DNA of 64,000 bases from Eledone cirrhosa. Lineage: Eukaryota. This document shows positions 53,510 to 64,000 of this stretch, piece after piece (position 1 is the stretch's first letter; every line of letters starts with the position of its first letter). Location: the NCBI GenBank assembly GCA_964016885.1, contig OZ024743.1, positions 45,446,001 through 45,510,000 on the forward strand, given 5' to 3'. A program made the translations under genes and the position numbers. The notes under the pieces were generated by a model that saw only the letters and a list, made by a program, of their open reading frames with translations, was not told the DNA's origin and searched no databases.

Positions 53510-54007
53510 ATTCATCTTAAATAGTATAATGATCATAATTATCAACATTGTCCCAGAGCATTTGACATGAGTATTGTGGCACACCTGTCTTTAAAAGCTC
53601 GTTAGTAGAATAACGTCAGTTAAGTTGTTTCAATAAGATAGAAAACAATATCAAACTGTATGTCTGTCGGTCTGTCCGTCGATCTGTCTGTCGGTCTGTC
53701 GGTCTTGAGAGAAGGATGGAAAGATAGCTATTGCTTTTTTGACTATGTAGCTATCTTGTTTTCCTGAGTTTCTGTCTGGCTTGTGTGGCTTAGCTGGTTA
53801 TCTGACTGGCTGGATGTATGGCTGTATAATTGTTTCACTATTTGTCGGCTGTCTGGGCGTCTGAGTATCTGGGTTCTGACTGGCTAGCAGTTTATCTACC
53901 TGACTACCTGGCTGTCTAGCAGGCTGGCAAATATCACATTTTATGCACATATAAGTAACACAAACAAGTTTAAATGAATTTGTTAATTTGTAGATAGAGG
54001 CAGTAGA

Positions 54008-54258
54008 GTGTGTGTGACAGCTCACACCTATGCAGGTTTAGCTGGCCTCCTCCAATGTATATCTCGTTGGAGATGTCTTGGGTAATTTAATGATAGGGAT
54101 CCCAGTCCTATTATCTCATTTCTACAGCTGGGTAAACTGGAGCAATGTGAAATAAAGTGTCTTGCTCAAGGAAACAACACATCACCCGGTTCGAGAATTG
54201 AACTCACAACCTTTCGATTGCAAGCGCAACGCTCTAACCACTAAGCCATGCGCCTTCG
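54008..54258 (-). mobile_element. tRNA-derived SINE, second family (OK-type, tentative); near-identical copy at 58729-58983, decayed relatives near 38935, 44345, 53070, 59300
   Basis: ggcgcatggcttagtggttag A-box, gagttcaattc B-box, cttgagcaagacactttatttcac..tgctccagtttacccagctg body. Confidence 0.85.
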
Positions 54259-54989
54259 CAGTATAGTGAAGATAACTGTTAAGAATGAAATAACCTCCGC
54301 AGAAATCACAATACAACACGTCTGTAACGTGTAAAACAATAACAATTTAAAGAAAGAAATCATTTGACTAACAGGAATAATGAAATCTAATCAGACAACT
54401 TTATTAACATTTGAAGACAGGATTTGTAATTTTAACTTACAATACATAACATACAAATCTGCAATACCTGCATCGATACTTTCTGCAGGAACAATCGCTT
54501 GAATTCAGCGCCAAACCCAGTCTTCAATGCCACGCTCCGACAGGTTTATTGTCGAAATTATAGCGATTGAAACATCGCGTGTCGTTGGTATCCGCGGACC
54601 AACTTTCAGCTTATTGAGATCAGAATGGATATGGACATTCGCAACAACCAGTCCCACAAATGGGACTGGCTCTTTCAGTATATCTCCCCTATTCTTCGGG
54701 GTAATGCATTCGCAATTCTGCCCGCCTGGAATAAGAGGCAAAATCCCTCTGATGTTTTACAAAAATAAAAGATAGTAGTATTATCAATTCATGTACTTTT
54801 AACACAGTTTTATTTTAAGTATTAATAATCAGAGATGGGTGTTCCTCCAGGTTTTAAATGCCCAAGACACGCACTGTATCACAGCGGCGCCTCTATAACT
54901 CTACCAAGAGTTCAGAGCCCAAGGATAGCTGGGTGGATGGATAGATTAATATTAGGGATGCCACTTGCACCGGATACAGATGGATGGAT

Positions 54990-55339
54990 CGATAGATTAA
55001 TATCAGGGATGCCACTTGCACCGACACTTTCTCCAGCCGCAACCTGGTGCAGTCTGCGACTAACCCAGGTTCTGCTGCACTTCGGGCTGAGGAGGCCAAA
55101 CTCTCCAAGTACCGGTCGCTCTCCACAGGTTTTTGGTTGTACCCTTGGCAGTGGAGACTTCTGGTGTCCTCAGCCCTAGGGCTACCTCCCTACTCACCAC
55201 CATAGGCGCTGAGCTGGCCAACCGCAGGTGTGAGCCTCGCGAGCTGGAGTGGTTTTTCCAGCGCGTCTCCCTTGCCCTCAGCCGGGGAAACGCCTTCTCC
55301 ATTCTGTCCACCAGGGCTGTGGGGAGACCACCAATATGA
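54990..55339 (+). pseudogene. CRE-like LINE restriction-like endonuclease 3' fragment
   Basis: DATCTDT...AA..AE..K..KY...VVPLAVETSG...WFFQRVSLALSRGNAFSIL. Confidence 0.85.
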
Positions 55340-55744
55340 TTGATTGACTTGTCATTTTATCAGTCAGATGTTTTTAGACATCATTACTCTCAACTATCAA
55401 GGTACATAACAAACAATATACACATCAATTGAAGAATTGACACACCTCACACCACCGCCAACTCATACACCACTACCGCCACTACCCCATACCACCACCA
55501 CCCCACACCACCACCGATTAATATTAGTAATCGACAAAATATGGTAAACATTTTGTTTTTACCAAATTCCATTTGACATTCGCAAAATTTAAATAAGCAA
55601 CTATATTCACTATATTTACTGAATTTAGTATATTTACCACTAATATTGGATTAATCGTGTGAGACAATAAATATCTGTCGAAAACTTTTGAGAATAGGTG
55701 AATATTAAAATGCATGGTGTGTGGTTGATATTTTATCTATAACT

Positions 55745-56225
55745 AACAGAAAAACCACTCTCCGGGTGGTTTTCTGCTAGCATGTGTAGTGTGTATATTG
55801 ATATTATACGAAAGTATATATACATGTAGATATGATACATCAAATAAAATCGTAATTGACAATATACACAGAAATTGAACGAAGACTGCGTTACACAGTC
55901 TTATGTAATCAGTAACGTAATCCATGATACATTTAAAAAAGACGATATTATATATAAACTGCATTAGGAGAAAATTAGTGACAGAAATATATGAATATTT
56001 ATTTTAATGATCGCTAACCGGAAGTGTTGACATTTGAAAATGTTAAAGAAGTGAATCTTTAAATAAGTAATAAAATATATTTAATGAACAGCCACGAAAT
56101 TTAGTAGATAAATTATGTAATATTCATTCATTATTTATTCAAAATAATCCAACTTATTTTACTAATGGGATAAAAAATTATAAACCGTACGCAGTCCCGC
56201 GCTTCTTAATTTATTATAGTTTAGG
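55745..56225. repeat. ~470 bp dispersed repeat, copy 2
   Basis: Collinear with 58092-58568. Confidence 0.9.
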
Positions 56226-56610
56226 ATTAATTGCTCATGATATATATTTAATTCCCACTGCTATAAATCACTAAAACCAACACCGTTAGCGTTGTCATCG
56301 TCTTCTTCATAATTTCATAATCAACATCATCATCATCGTCACATTTATAATTCTCATCGTCATCGTATTTTAAATCATCAAAACAAAATTATAATCACAA
56401 TTATTGGCGTCGTCTTTATCATATTCACAATTGTAACCGTCATCATCATCATCGTCGTCATCATTTTGCCTCTCCAGTAAAACCTTGACTCAAATCGAGG
56501 TTGAAACCCTGTGGTTTTCAACAGGATACATTCGGATTTGAATCGGAGAAAGTATGATATATATATATATATAGAGAGAGAGAGATAATGATATAGATAT
56601 AGAACAAATA

Positions 56611-56798
56611 ATTGTTTCTACTTTTCGCACAAGGCCAGCAATTATCCCAGTGTATTACTAGTACTTTATTTTATCGACCCCGTAAGGATGAAAGGCAAAG
56701 TTAACCTCGACGGGATTTGAACTCAGACCATAAAGGGCCGTAACTCTCTGCTGCAAAGCATGGCGTCCAACCCTCTACAGATACTGCCAATCCACCGC
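56611..56798 (-). mobile_element. Nin/Deu-like SINE with TSD agatatagaacaaataat
   Basis: TSD at ~56595 and ~56805. Confidence 0.92.
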
Positions 56799-57495
56799 AT
56801 TTAAAGATATAGAACAAATAATGCCACACTCTAAATATTTTAAAAGCTATTCTATAATTCTAACTACACGTTTCGAGACTTCAAATTTCATCAGTGCATT
56901 ATTCGTTTTATATTTTTAAGGGAATCAATAGAGTTCAGTTCAAATGAATATAATTTAAGTCGCATATATGTAAATAAATAAGACAAGCTCGGGGACAAAA
57001 CCAATAAATTTACGAATATTATTTCCCTTTAAATATACAGCAAACACTGTTAGGAAGAAACTTGCATAGTCTAAACACGTATTTAAATTTTCAAAATAAT
57101 TTTTTGCTGTTTTTTTTAATACATAGAAACTAGATTAATCTTGTATTTATTGGTTGTTCAACATTTATTTGAGCAAAAGTTGAATTGAAAACAAATTACT
57201 CTTGTCTTTTGACGTGAACAAAAAGATTTTGATCTCAATTTGAACTAGGTTAATACATACTAAATGCTCGCTGAATTTTCCCATAAATGTTTTTTGGTTG
57301 GGGAAGATGGAACCATTAATTTCAGTATTAGAGTCTCCTGGAACCATTACTTTCAGTAGGAAAGTCTCCTGGAACGATTACTTTCAGTATGAGAGTCTCC
57401 TCCTCTACAGTCAGTGATATGTTGTATGCTTAAAATGGAAACACAAATATTTCCGGAATCTAATATGTAAAATTATATTTTTATATGTGTGTATA

Positions 57496-57544
<49 letters not shown>

Positions 57545-58091
57545 GCATATGAAAGTGTATGTGCGTGTATGTGCGTGTGTGTGTGTGTGCGTGTGTGTGG
57601 GTATTTGTGTGTGTGTGTGTGTATGTGCGCGCGTGTTTTGTATGGCTTTAAAGTACAGCTCTCGTTCAGCATGCTGTAAGTGTATGTGTTTGTGTGTGTG
57701 TGTGCGTATGTGCGCGCGTGTTTTGTATGGCTTTAAAGTACAGCTCTTATTCAGCATGCTGTAATAAGGAAAGAGGATACAGAAATAATACAACTGGGAT
57801 AATTGCTGGCCTTGTGCCAAAAGTAGTAACAGTTATATTTTCATATCTCTTTTCGTTGTTCCAGTCCTAACCATATGGAGCTAATTGAAGACTCTTTGTT
57901 GTTTACAGTAGTATGAACACCGTGTCGATCTTTGGACGAGTATATACTTCTTGAATGTTCATATGTCCACAATTCGCTTCAGATGATATATCAACTTCAT
58001 CCATCTTCACCTCACTGAACTGATTTACTGTAGCCATCTTTAATTCAGCTGCAGGCATGTTTGATTGTTTATTAAAACTATGAGAAAGTGT

Positions 58092-58568
58092 TAAACCACC
58101 CTTCGGGTGGTTTTCTGCTGGCTTGTGTAGTGTGTATATTGATATTATACTCAAGTATATATGCATGTAGATATGATATATCAAATAACATCGTAATTCA
58201 CAATATACACAGAAATTGAACGAAGACTGCGTTACACTGTCTTATGTAATCAGTAACGTAATCCATGATACATTAAAAAAAGACGATATTATATATAAAC
58301 TGTATTAGGAGAAAATTAGTGATGGAAATATATGAATGTTTATTTAAGCGATCGCTAACCGGAAATGTTGACATTTGAACATTTTAGAGAAATGAATCTT
58401 TAAATAAGCAATAAAATAAATTTAATCAACAGCTACGAAATTTAGTAGATAAATTATGTAATATTCATTCATTATTTATTCGAAGTAATCCAACTTGTTT
58501 TACTAACTGGATTAAAAGAAATAAACCGTACGCAGTCCCGCACTCCTTACTTTATTATAGTTTAGATG
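58092..58568. repeat. ~470 bp dispersed repeat, copy 3
   Basis: Collinear with 55745-56225. Confidence 0.9.
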
Positions 58569-58728
58569 AGAAAGTGTTGTAATTCATGCCGTTTCAGTAT
58601 TTTATCAGATTAGAAACAATGATTAATGATTAACATTAAAACACTACAATATATTTTAGTAACACAGTTAAAAGCTGAGAAGTAAAGTATAATAAAAAAA
58701 AATCATATCTCAGCTGCGCTTCACAAAC

Positions 58729-58983
58729 ATGTGTGTGTGAGACAGCTCACACCTATGCAGGTTTAGCTGGCCTCCTCCAAGGTATATCTCGCTGGGGGTG
58801 TCTTGGGTAATTTAATGATAGGGAGCCCAGTCCTATCATCTCATTTCTACAGCTGAGTAAACTGGAGCAACGTAAAATAAAGTGTCTTGCTCAAGGAAAC
58901 AACACATCACCTGGTCCGAGAATTGAACTCACAACCTTTCGATTGCAAGCCCAATTCTCTAACCACTAAGCCATGCGCCTTCA
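58729..58983 (-). mobile_element. tRNA-derived SINE, second family
   Basis: Near-identical to 54008-54258. Confidence 0.88.
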
Positions 58984-59699
58984 CGAACAAGATGACAGAA
59001 GCTGTACATAACAAACAGTTATACCTGAAGTATCAACCATTCAACTTCACGGACTCCTTTACCATTTATATTACTTCACATTTACTATATTTTCATGGTG
59101 AGGCTTTATCTCACATAATTATCTCACATGAGTGGCCAGTTACAGCCGCTTCGAACAGAGAGAGGTGAGAGAATTCTGGTCAGATATGGCCGGTTTAAAT
59201 GCTAATAGATTAAACGTAATGCATTCATCCTGATTTGGTGGGGGTGTATATGTGCGCTCAATCATATCAATAGTATGAATTAAAGGATCATTATTTCGAA
59301 CGTCATTGGGCAAGACACTTTATTTCACGTTGCTCCAGTTTACTCGGCTGTTGAAATTAGTTGTGACGTCATTGATGCCAAGCTGTATCGACTTTTGTCC
59401 TTCACTTGGACAACAACGGTGACATGGACAGAAGAGACTGGTATGCATGGACGACTGCTGTTCTTCCACAAACAATTATGCCCGGACTTGTGCCTCGAAG
59501 GGGACTTTTCTAGGTGAAAATCCCATGGTCATTCGTGACTGAAGGGGTCGTTACTATTTTTTAATTTCGAACAAAATGTCATGTATACATTTGATTCAAA
59601 CCTTTCTTTGTTTCCTCTTCTAGGAAAGTGAGAGACAATTCCATTGTCATTAGCTGCAACAAATAAGAAGATAGAATTAGCTGTAAATGCCTTTAAAAG

Positions 59700-60300
59700 A
59701 AAACCTTCTGAAATTTCTTGAGTGTCACATATATTTGAACGAATCTTATATTTCTCTGCCTGGAGGATGGTATTGTGGGCTATGCACAAGCTTAGAAACA
59801 ACATTAGTCGAACTGGATGCCCCTATCAGAGTAAATAAATTCAATGATATTGAGGATGATATGCTGCGTATATAGCCTAATATATACCAGCTTAAAAAAG
59901 AAATTAATCAATGTCATGATGAATGGATTCAATATCGCTGAAGATAGAAATCAATTGCCTTAAAAATCGGATGGCAGATGATGGTACAATCTCTTTTAGT
60001 AAAAATTATGAAAACGAAAATCTAGATTCATCAATCGCTGTAGGCAGATAGCATTTCCCAGTTAGTTTAGCAGTGTCGTTTTGATCGATAATACCTTTGT
60101 AGAGAGGTTCAAAGGTTATGGATGTTTTGTAATGTGCTTAATCTGAATGATGATCCAGGGTTAAGAATCCTGGTTTGCGTTCTCTAAAATGGATGCTGTG
60201 TAAAACACAGTGAAAATGTGATAAATAGCTATCAATATTCACAGAATCTGGCCTAAAGAATCATGTGCAGATACGATAACAATACATTGATATCATTCAT
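59700..60300 (-). pseudogene. Decayed Ty3/Gypsy integrase core
   Basis: YLPTAIDESRFSFS...SAIRFLRQLISIFSDIESIHHD; FIYSDRGIQF; QYHPP. Confidence 0.65.
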
Positions 60301-61077
60301 TATTATATTGGTTGAATAGAGTTCCAACTGCGGGAACAATGGTAAAAGACCGATAAGTTATTTAATAGTGAAATTCAGGTAGGTCGGGTTGCCATGAAAT
60401 TCCTTTTTTTACACTTAATCCGTAATAATTTATTTGTGAAAATAAATGGAACATAGTAAATCAAAGATCGATATTTATCAAAACAATACATACATACATA
60501 CGTACGTAAGTACATACATATATGCATACACACATACATACATATATGCATACATACACACATACATACACACATACATACATACATGGTGGCTGCCAAC
60601 TCGTTTTCGAGTACGGCCACTACTTTATATCCATGTAGGAGAACCCCTACCGATGCGCTGAACGAGTGTGACTTTTTAGTCCAGCCTGCGACATGAAAAC
60701 TCTGGTACAAACACTACACTTGTAACAATTATTGACACATAGTGCTGGGCCCATGGTACCATGTGACGACAAGTGCAGAGAGATCTCCAGATATAAAGCA
60801 ATGCCTGTGCCGTGAAGCTTTTATAGTGAGCAAAGGCACTGCACAAAGCCAGTCCCACTCTCTTAACCAAGATGATATTTACCAAAAAGAAGAACAAGTC
60901 AACATCATTGGATACCATCAGGGTTGCAGGTGTTATATCAGAGTTTTCCTTCTCCTAGAATTCTGCCTTGACAAAGGCTAAGGGGTCATCTCTACATACA
61001 TACATACATACATACATACATACATACATACATACATACATACATACATACATACATACATACATACACGCACACAC

Positions 61078-63395
61078 TTGGCAAAAAACTACCGACCCAT
61101 TGCATGCCAGAACCTGATGTATAAGGTTGTATACAGCCTGCCTGAACCTATTCCTCCAAGATCACTGTGAAAATAATAACATCACAGATGAACAAGCAAC
61201 TGGAAAGAAAAGGGTTTGGGGATGTGCTGAACAACACTTAATCAACAAAACTGCGATGTCGGAGGTGCGACAACTTAGGAGGAATATGGCTACAGTCTGG
61301 CTGGGCTACAAGAAAGCTTTCGATTCTGTTCCCCACTCTTGGATGATAGAGGTCCTCCAACTTGCTAAAGTCCCGGACATTATTGTCAGAGCCATAGAGA
61401 GGCTGTCTTCTTCTTGGGCTACTATCCTAAGGTTAAAGACAGAGAGGGAGGACTCTATTTTCACTGATAAAATAAAATATTGCAGGGGTATATTTCAGGG
61501 GGACAGTCTCTCTGTGATATTGTTCATCTTGTCATTAAACCCCTTGTCCTTTATGCTCAAGAAATGTGAGGGATACATCATTGGCTCACAGGAGGACAGA
61601 AATACGAACCTAACCCATAACTTCTTTGTGGACGATCTGAAACTCTATGCCAAGAACATGGATGGGATGAAGAAAAATCTTGACCTGGTTACAACGTTCT
61701 CAAAGATATAGGAATGGAGTTTGGCCAAGATAAATGCTCATACATGACCGTAAAGCGAGGAAAAACAACAACCCAATCTAGCAACATTGTCATCAATGGT
61801 CTAACTGTTTCACCGATATCTGATGAGGAATGCTACAGATACTTGGGGATAGATGAGAACATATCCTATAATGGTATCTGTAATAAGGAACGCGTAACCA
61901 GGGAATACTACACCCGATTAAGAAAGATCTGGTCATCGGAACTCACTGCGCAAAACAAAACAGTGGCTCACAATGTGTTTGCTGTGCCTGTCCTAACACC
62001 AACGTTTGTAATACTCAATTGGACGATAGACGAAATCCGAGCAGTTGATGTTGGAACTCGAAAAATACTGAACAACACCGGAAACTTCCACATCAACAGT
62101 GACATAGATCGCCTTTACTTGAACCATAAGCAGGGAGGCAGAGGCCTAACATCAGTCCAGACAACATTTGAATGTCGCATCATATCTCTCCGACAACATC
62201 TACGAACCTCGAAGCGTAGGAGCCCGCTTTTCGAACAAGTCTATCTGCATGAAACAGATAAGATCATGAGAGTTGGGAAGGAACTCCTTGAGAGATATTC
62301 CCTGTGTGATAATCAAAAACTCACACCCAGGGATGTCGATCAGCAGTATCGCAGTGAATTCATGGATGAAAAACTGCATGCCTATCAGCAAAAAATCATG
62401 CATTGATATGTTGCCAGGAAGCTCCAGAGTGAGAGTAATATAGATAAGGAAAGTAGTCTATCTTGGACCAACAAACGCTATATTGGCTCCCACTTTGAAG
62501 GATACGCTTTTGCAATCCAAGAACAGGAGATTAGCACGAAATACCTGATTCACAAAAGAGATAGGAATGCAGGCAAAACACCTATATGTGGTAACAAGTG
62601 CAGACTCTGCAGAAGTAACATCGAGGATATCACCCATGTCATCAGCAGCTGCCCAAAGATGTCATCGCGGTACTATGAGGCATGATGTAGTGGCCAAAAC
62701 ACTGTAAAATGCAGTTCGTAAAAAATATAGCCCCGATAATAAACACATTAAAAGCTACAACAATGTGGAAGATATCTATGTACATAATATGAAAGAGTAC
62801 TGGTGGAATGATCCAGTAAAAACCCCAATAAAATGAAGGCATAACAGACCAGATATTATGATATGGGACAGGGTGAAGAAAACATGCACAGCAGATGCCA
62901 ATATAATATCAAAGATTAGTGAAAAGGAGAATATTTATGCAGAACTGATGAGAAATCTGCAGATACTCCACCCTGATTACACCTTCAGATTTATGCATGT
63001 GATTATTGGGGCACTGGGATATGTTAGTAACTGCCCCAATACAAATCTTGAGAAGCTAGGCTTCACAGGAACAGAAAGAACACAACTAGTTAGGAAATTA
63101 CAAGTACGATCCATTAATGGAACAGTAAAAATATGTAAAACATTCCAAATATTTTGCATCTAATAACTGCATATACACATGTACAGATACAAAGCATATA
63201 CACATGCACACATACAACTCAAAATATACACATCCACACATACAATAACATCCATATCTACACATGCATGCATACATACATATCTACCTAGTTGATGTTG
63301 TGTAAATTCCAATGAGAGAGTCTTGTGCCTATGTTAGAAACCGACTCTCTCTCTGTTGGTAAAACTTTATTAAATTATAAAACCAGAAGAACATA
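61078..63395 (+). mobile_element. 5'-truncated R4/Dong-like non-LTR retrotransposon (RT + CCHC + restriction-like endonuclease), with stops and frameshifts, bounded by (TACA)n
   Basis: NYRPIAC, YKKAFDSVPHSW, GIFQGDSLS, FFVDDLKLY, YRYLGI, GGRGL, CRLC...HVISSC, RHD, RPDI; stop at 63163. Confidence 0.9.
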
Positions 63396-63404
63396 CATAC
63401 ATAT

Positions 63405-63892
63405 GTTGAGATAGATGGCAGTAGAGAATACTGGGAGAATCTGAAAATAAAAACCGCCACCAAATTAAAGCACACCCGGCCTGATATTGTTGTTTGGGAC
63501 CACACATTGAAAACGTGCTCTGTTATAAAGATCAGCTGCCCAGTTGATGTCAACGTTGTCAGAAAATACAAGAGAAGGGGGAAATATACGGATCATTGAT
63601 GAGGAGTTTGCAGATCCAGTATCCAAGATACACCTTCAGCTTCATACCCATCATTATTAGAGTTACAGGTTATATACCAACCCGCTTGGACCAATGTATA
63701 ACTGAACTTGGATTTGTGGACAAAGAGCGCAGCTCCCTAATTCATGGACTACAAATGGCCGCGACATCTGGCACCTTCAAAATTAGCAAAACATTCTTGC
63801 GATTCAAGGGAAGACAATTTCTTTTCTTTGCAGCCTTGCCACCAGGAATGTGGCCGGTCAAAAATGTACTCAACATTAAGAGAAAGAGGAGC
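63405..63892 (+). mobile_element. 3' end of a second R4/Dong-like family, between (CATA)n runs
   Basis: EYW...IKTATKLKHTRPDIVVWD..KTCSVI.ISCP.D.N; LMRSLQ..YP.Y.F.FIP.II...GY. Confidence 0.85.
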
Positions 63893-64000
63893 ATACATAC
63901 ATGCATACATACATATACACATATGTATATGCATACATGCATTTATACATAGATACACACATACATACAAAGAAACACACACACATACACACATACAAAC

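Overview
AT-rich, microsatellite-laden animal genomic DNA; the SINE repertoire suggests a cephalopod, probably Octopus (inference). I find no confidently identifiable host gene, and almost all ORFs in the track are (TA)n/(CA)n artefacts. The first ~39 kb is a (TA)n hotspot filled with Penelope-like retroelements (PLEs; RT + GIY-YIG) from several families. One copy is near-complete (ORF 16459-14233, one homopolymer frameshift). Most of these families carry a type I hammerhead ribozyme (HHR) motif, roughly 30 motifs in all, including two families with fixed non-canonical cores (CAGAAGA, CCGAAGA). The standout is a non-coding array of nine ~456-576 bp head-to-tail units (22695-27183), each with a minimal HHR, preceded by an inverted partial unit. 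A diverged sister element (20937-21581) keeps the same HHR and hairpins through compensatory changes. This is a candidate retrozyme / self-cleaving circular RNA system mobilised by PLEs. The last 25 kb holds tRNA-derived SINEs, CRE-like and R4/Dong-like LINE relics, a decayed Gypsy integrase and a three-copy ~470 bp repeat. There is a 200-N assembly gap at 33086-33285.
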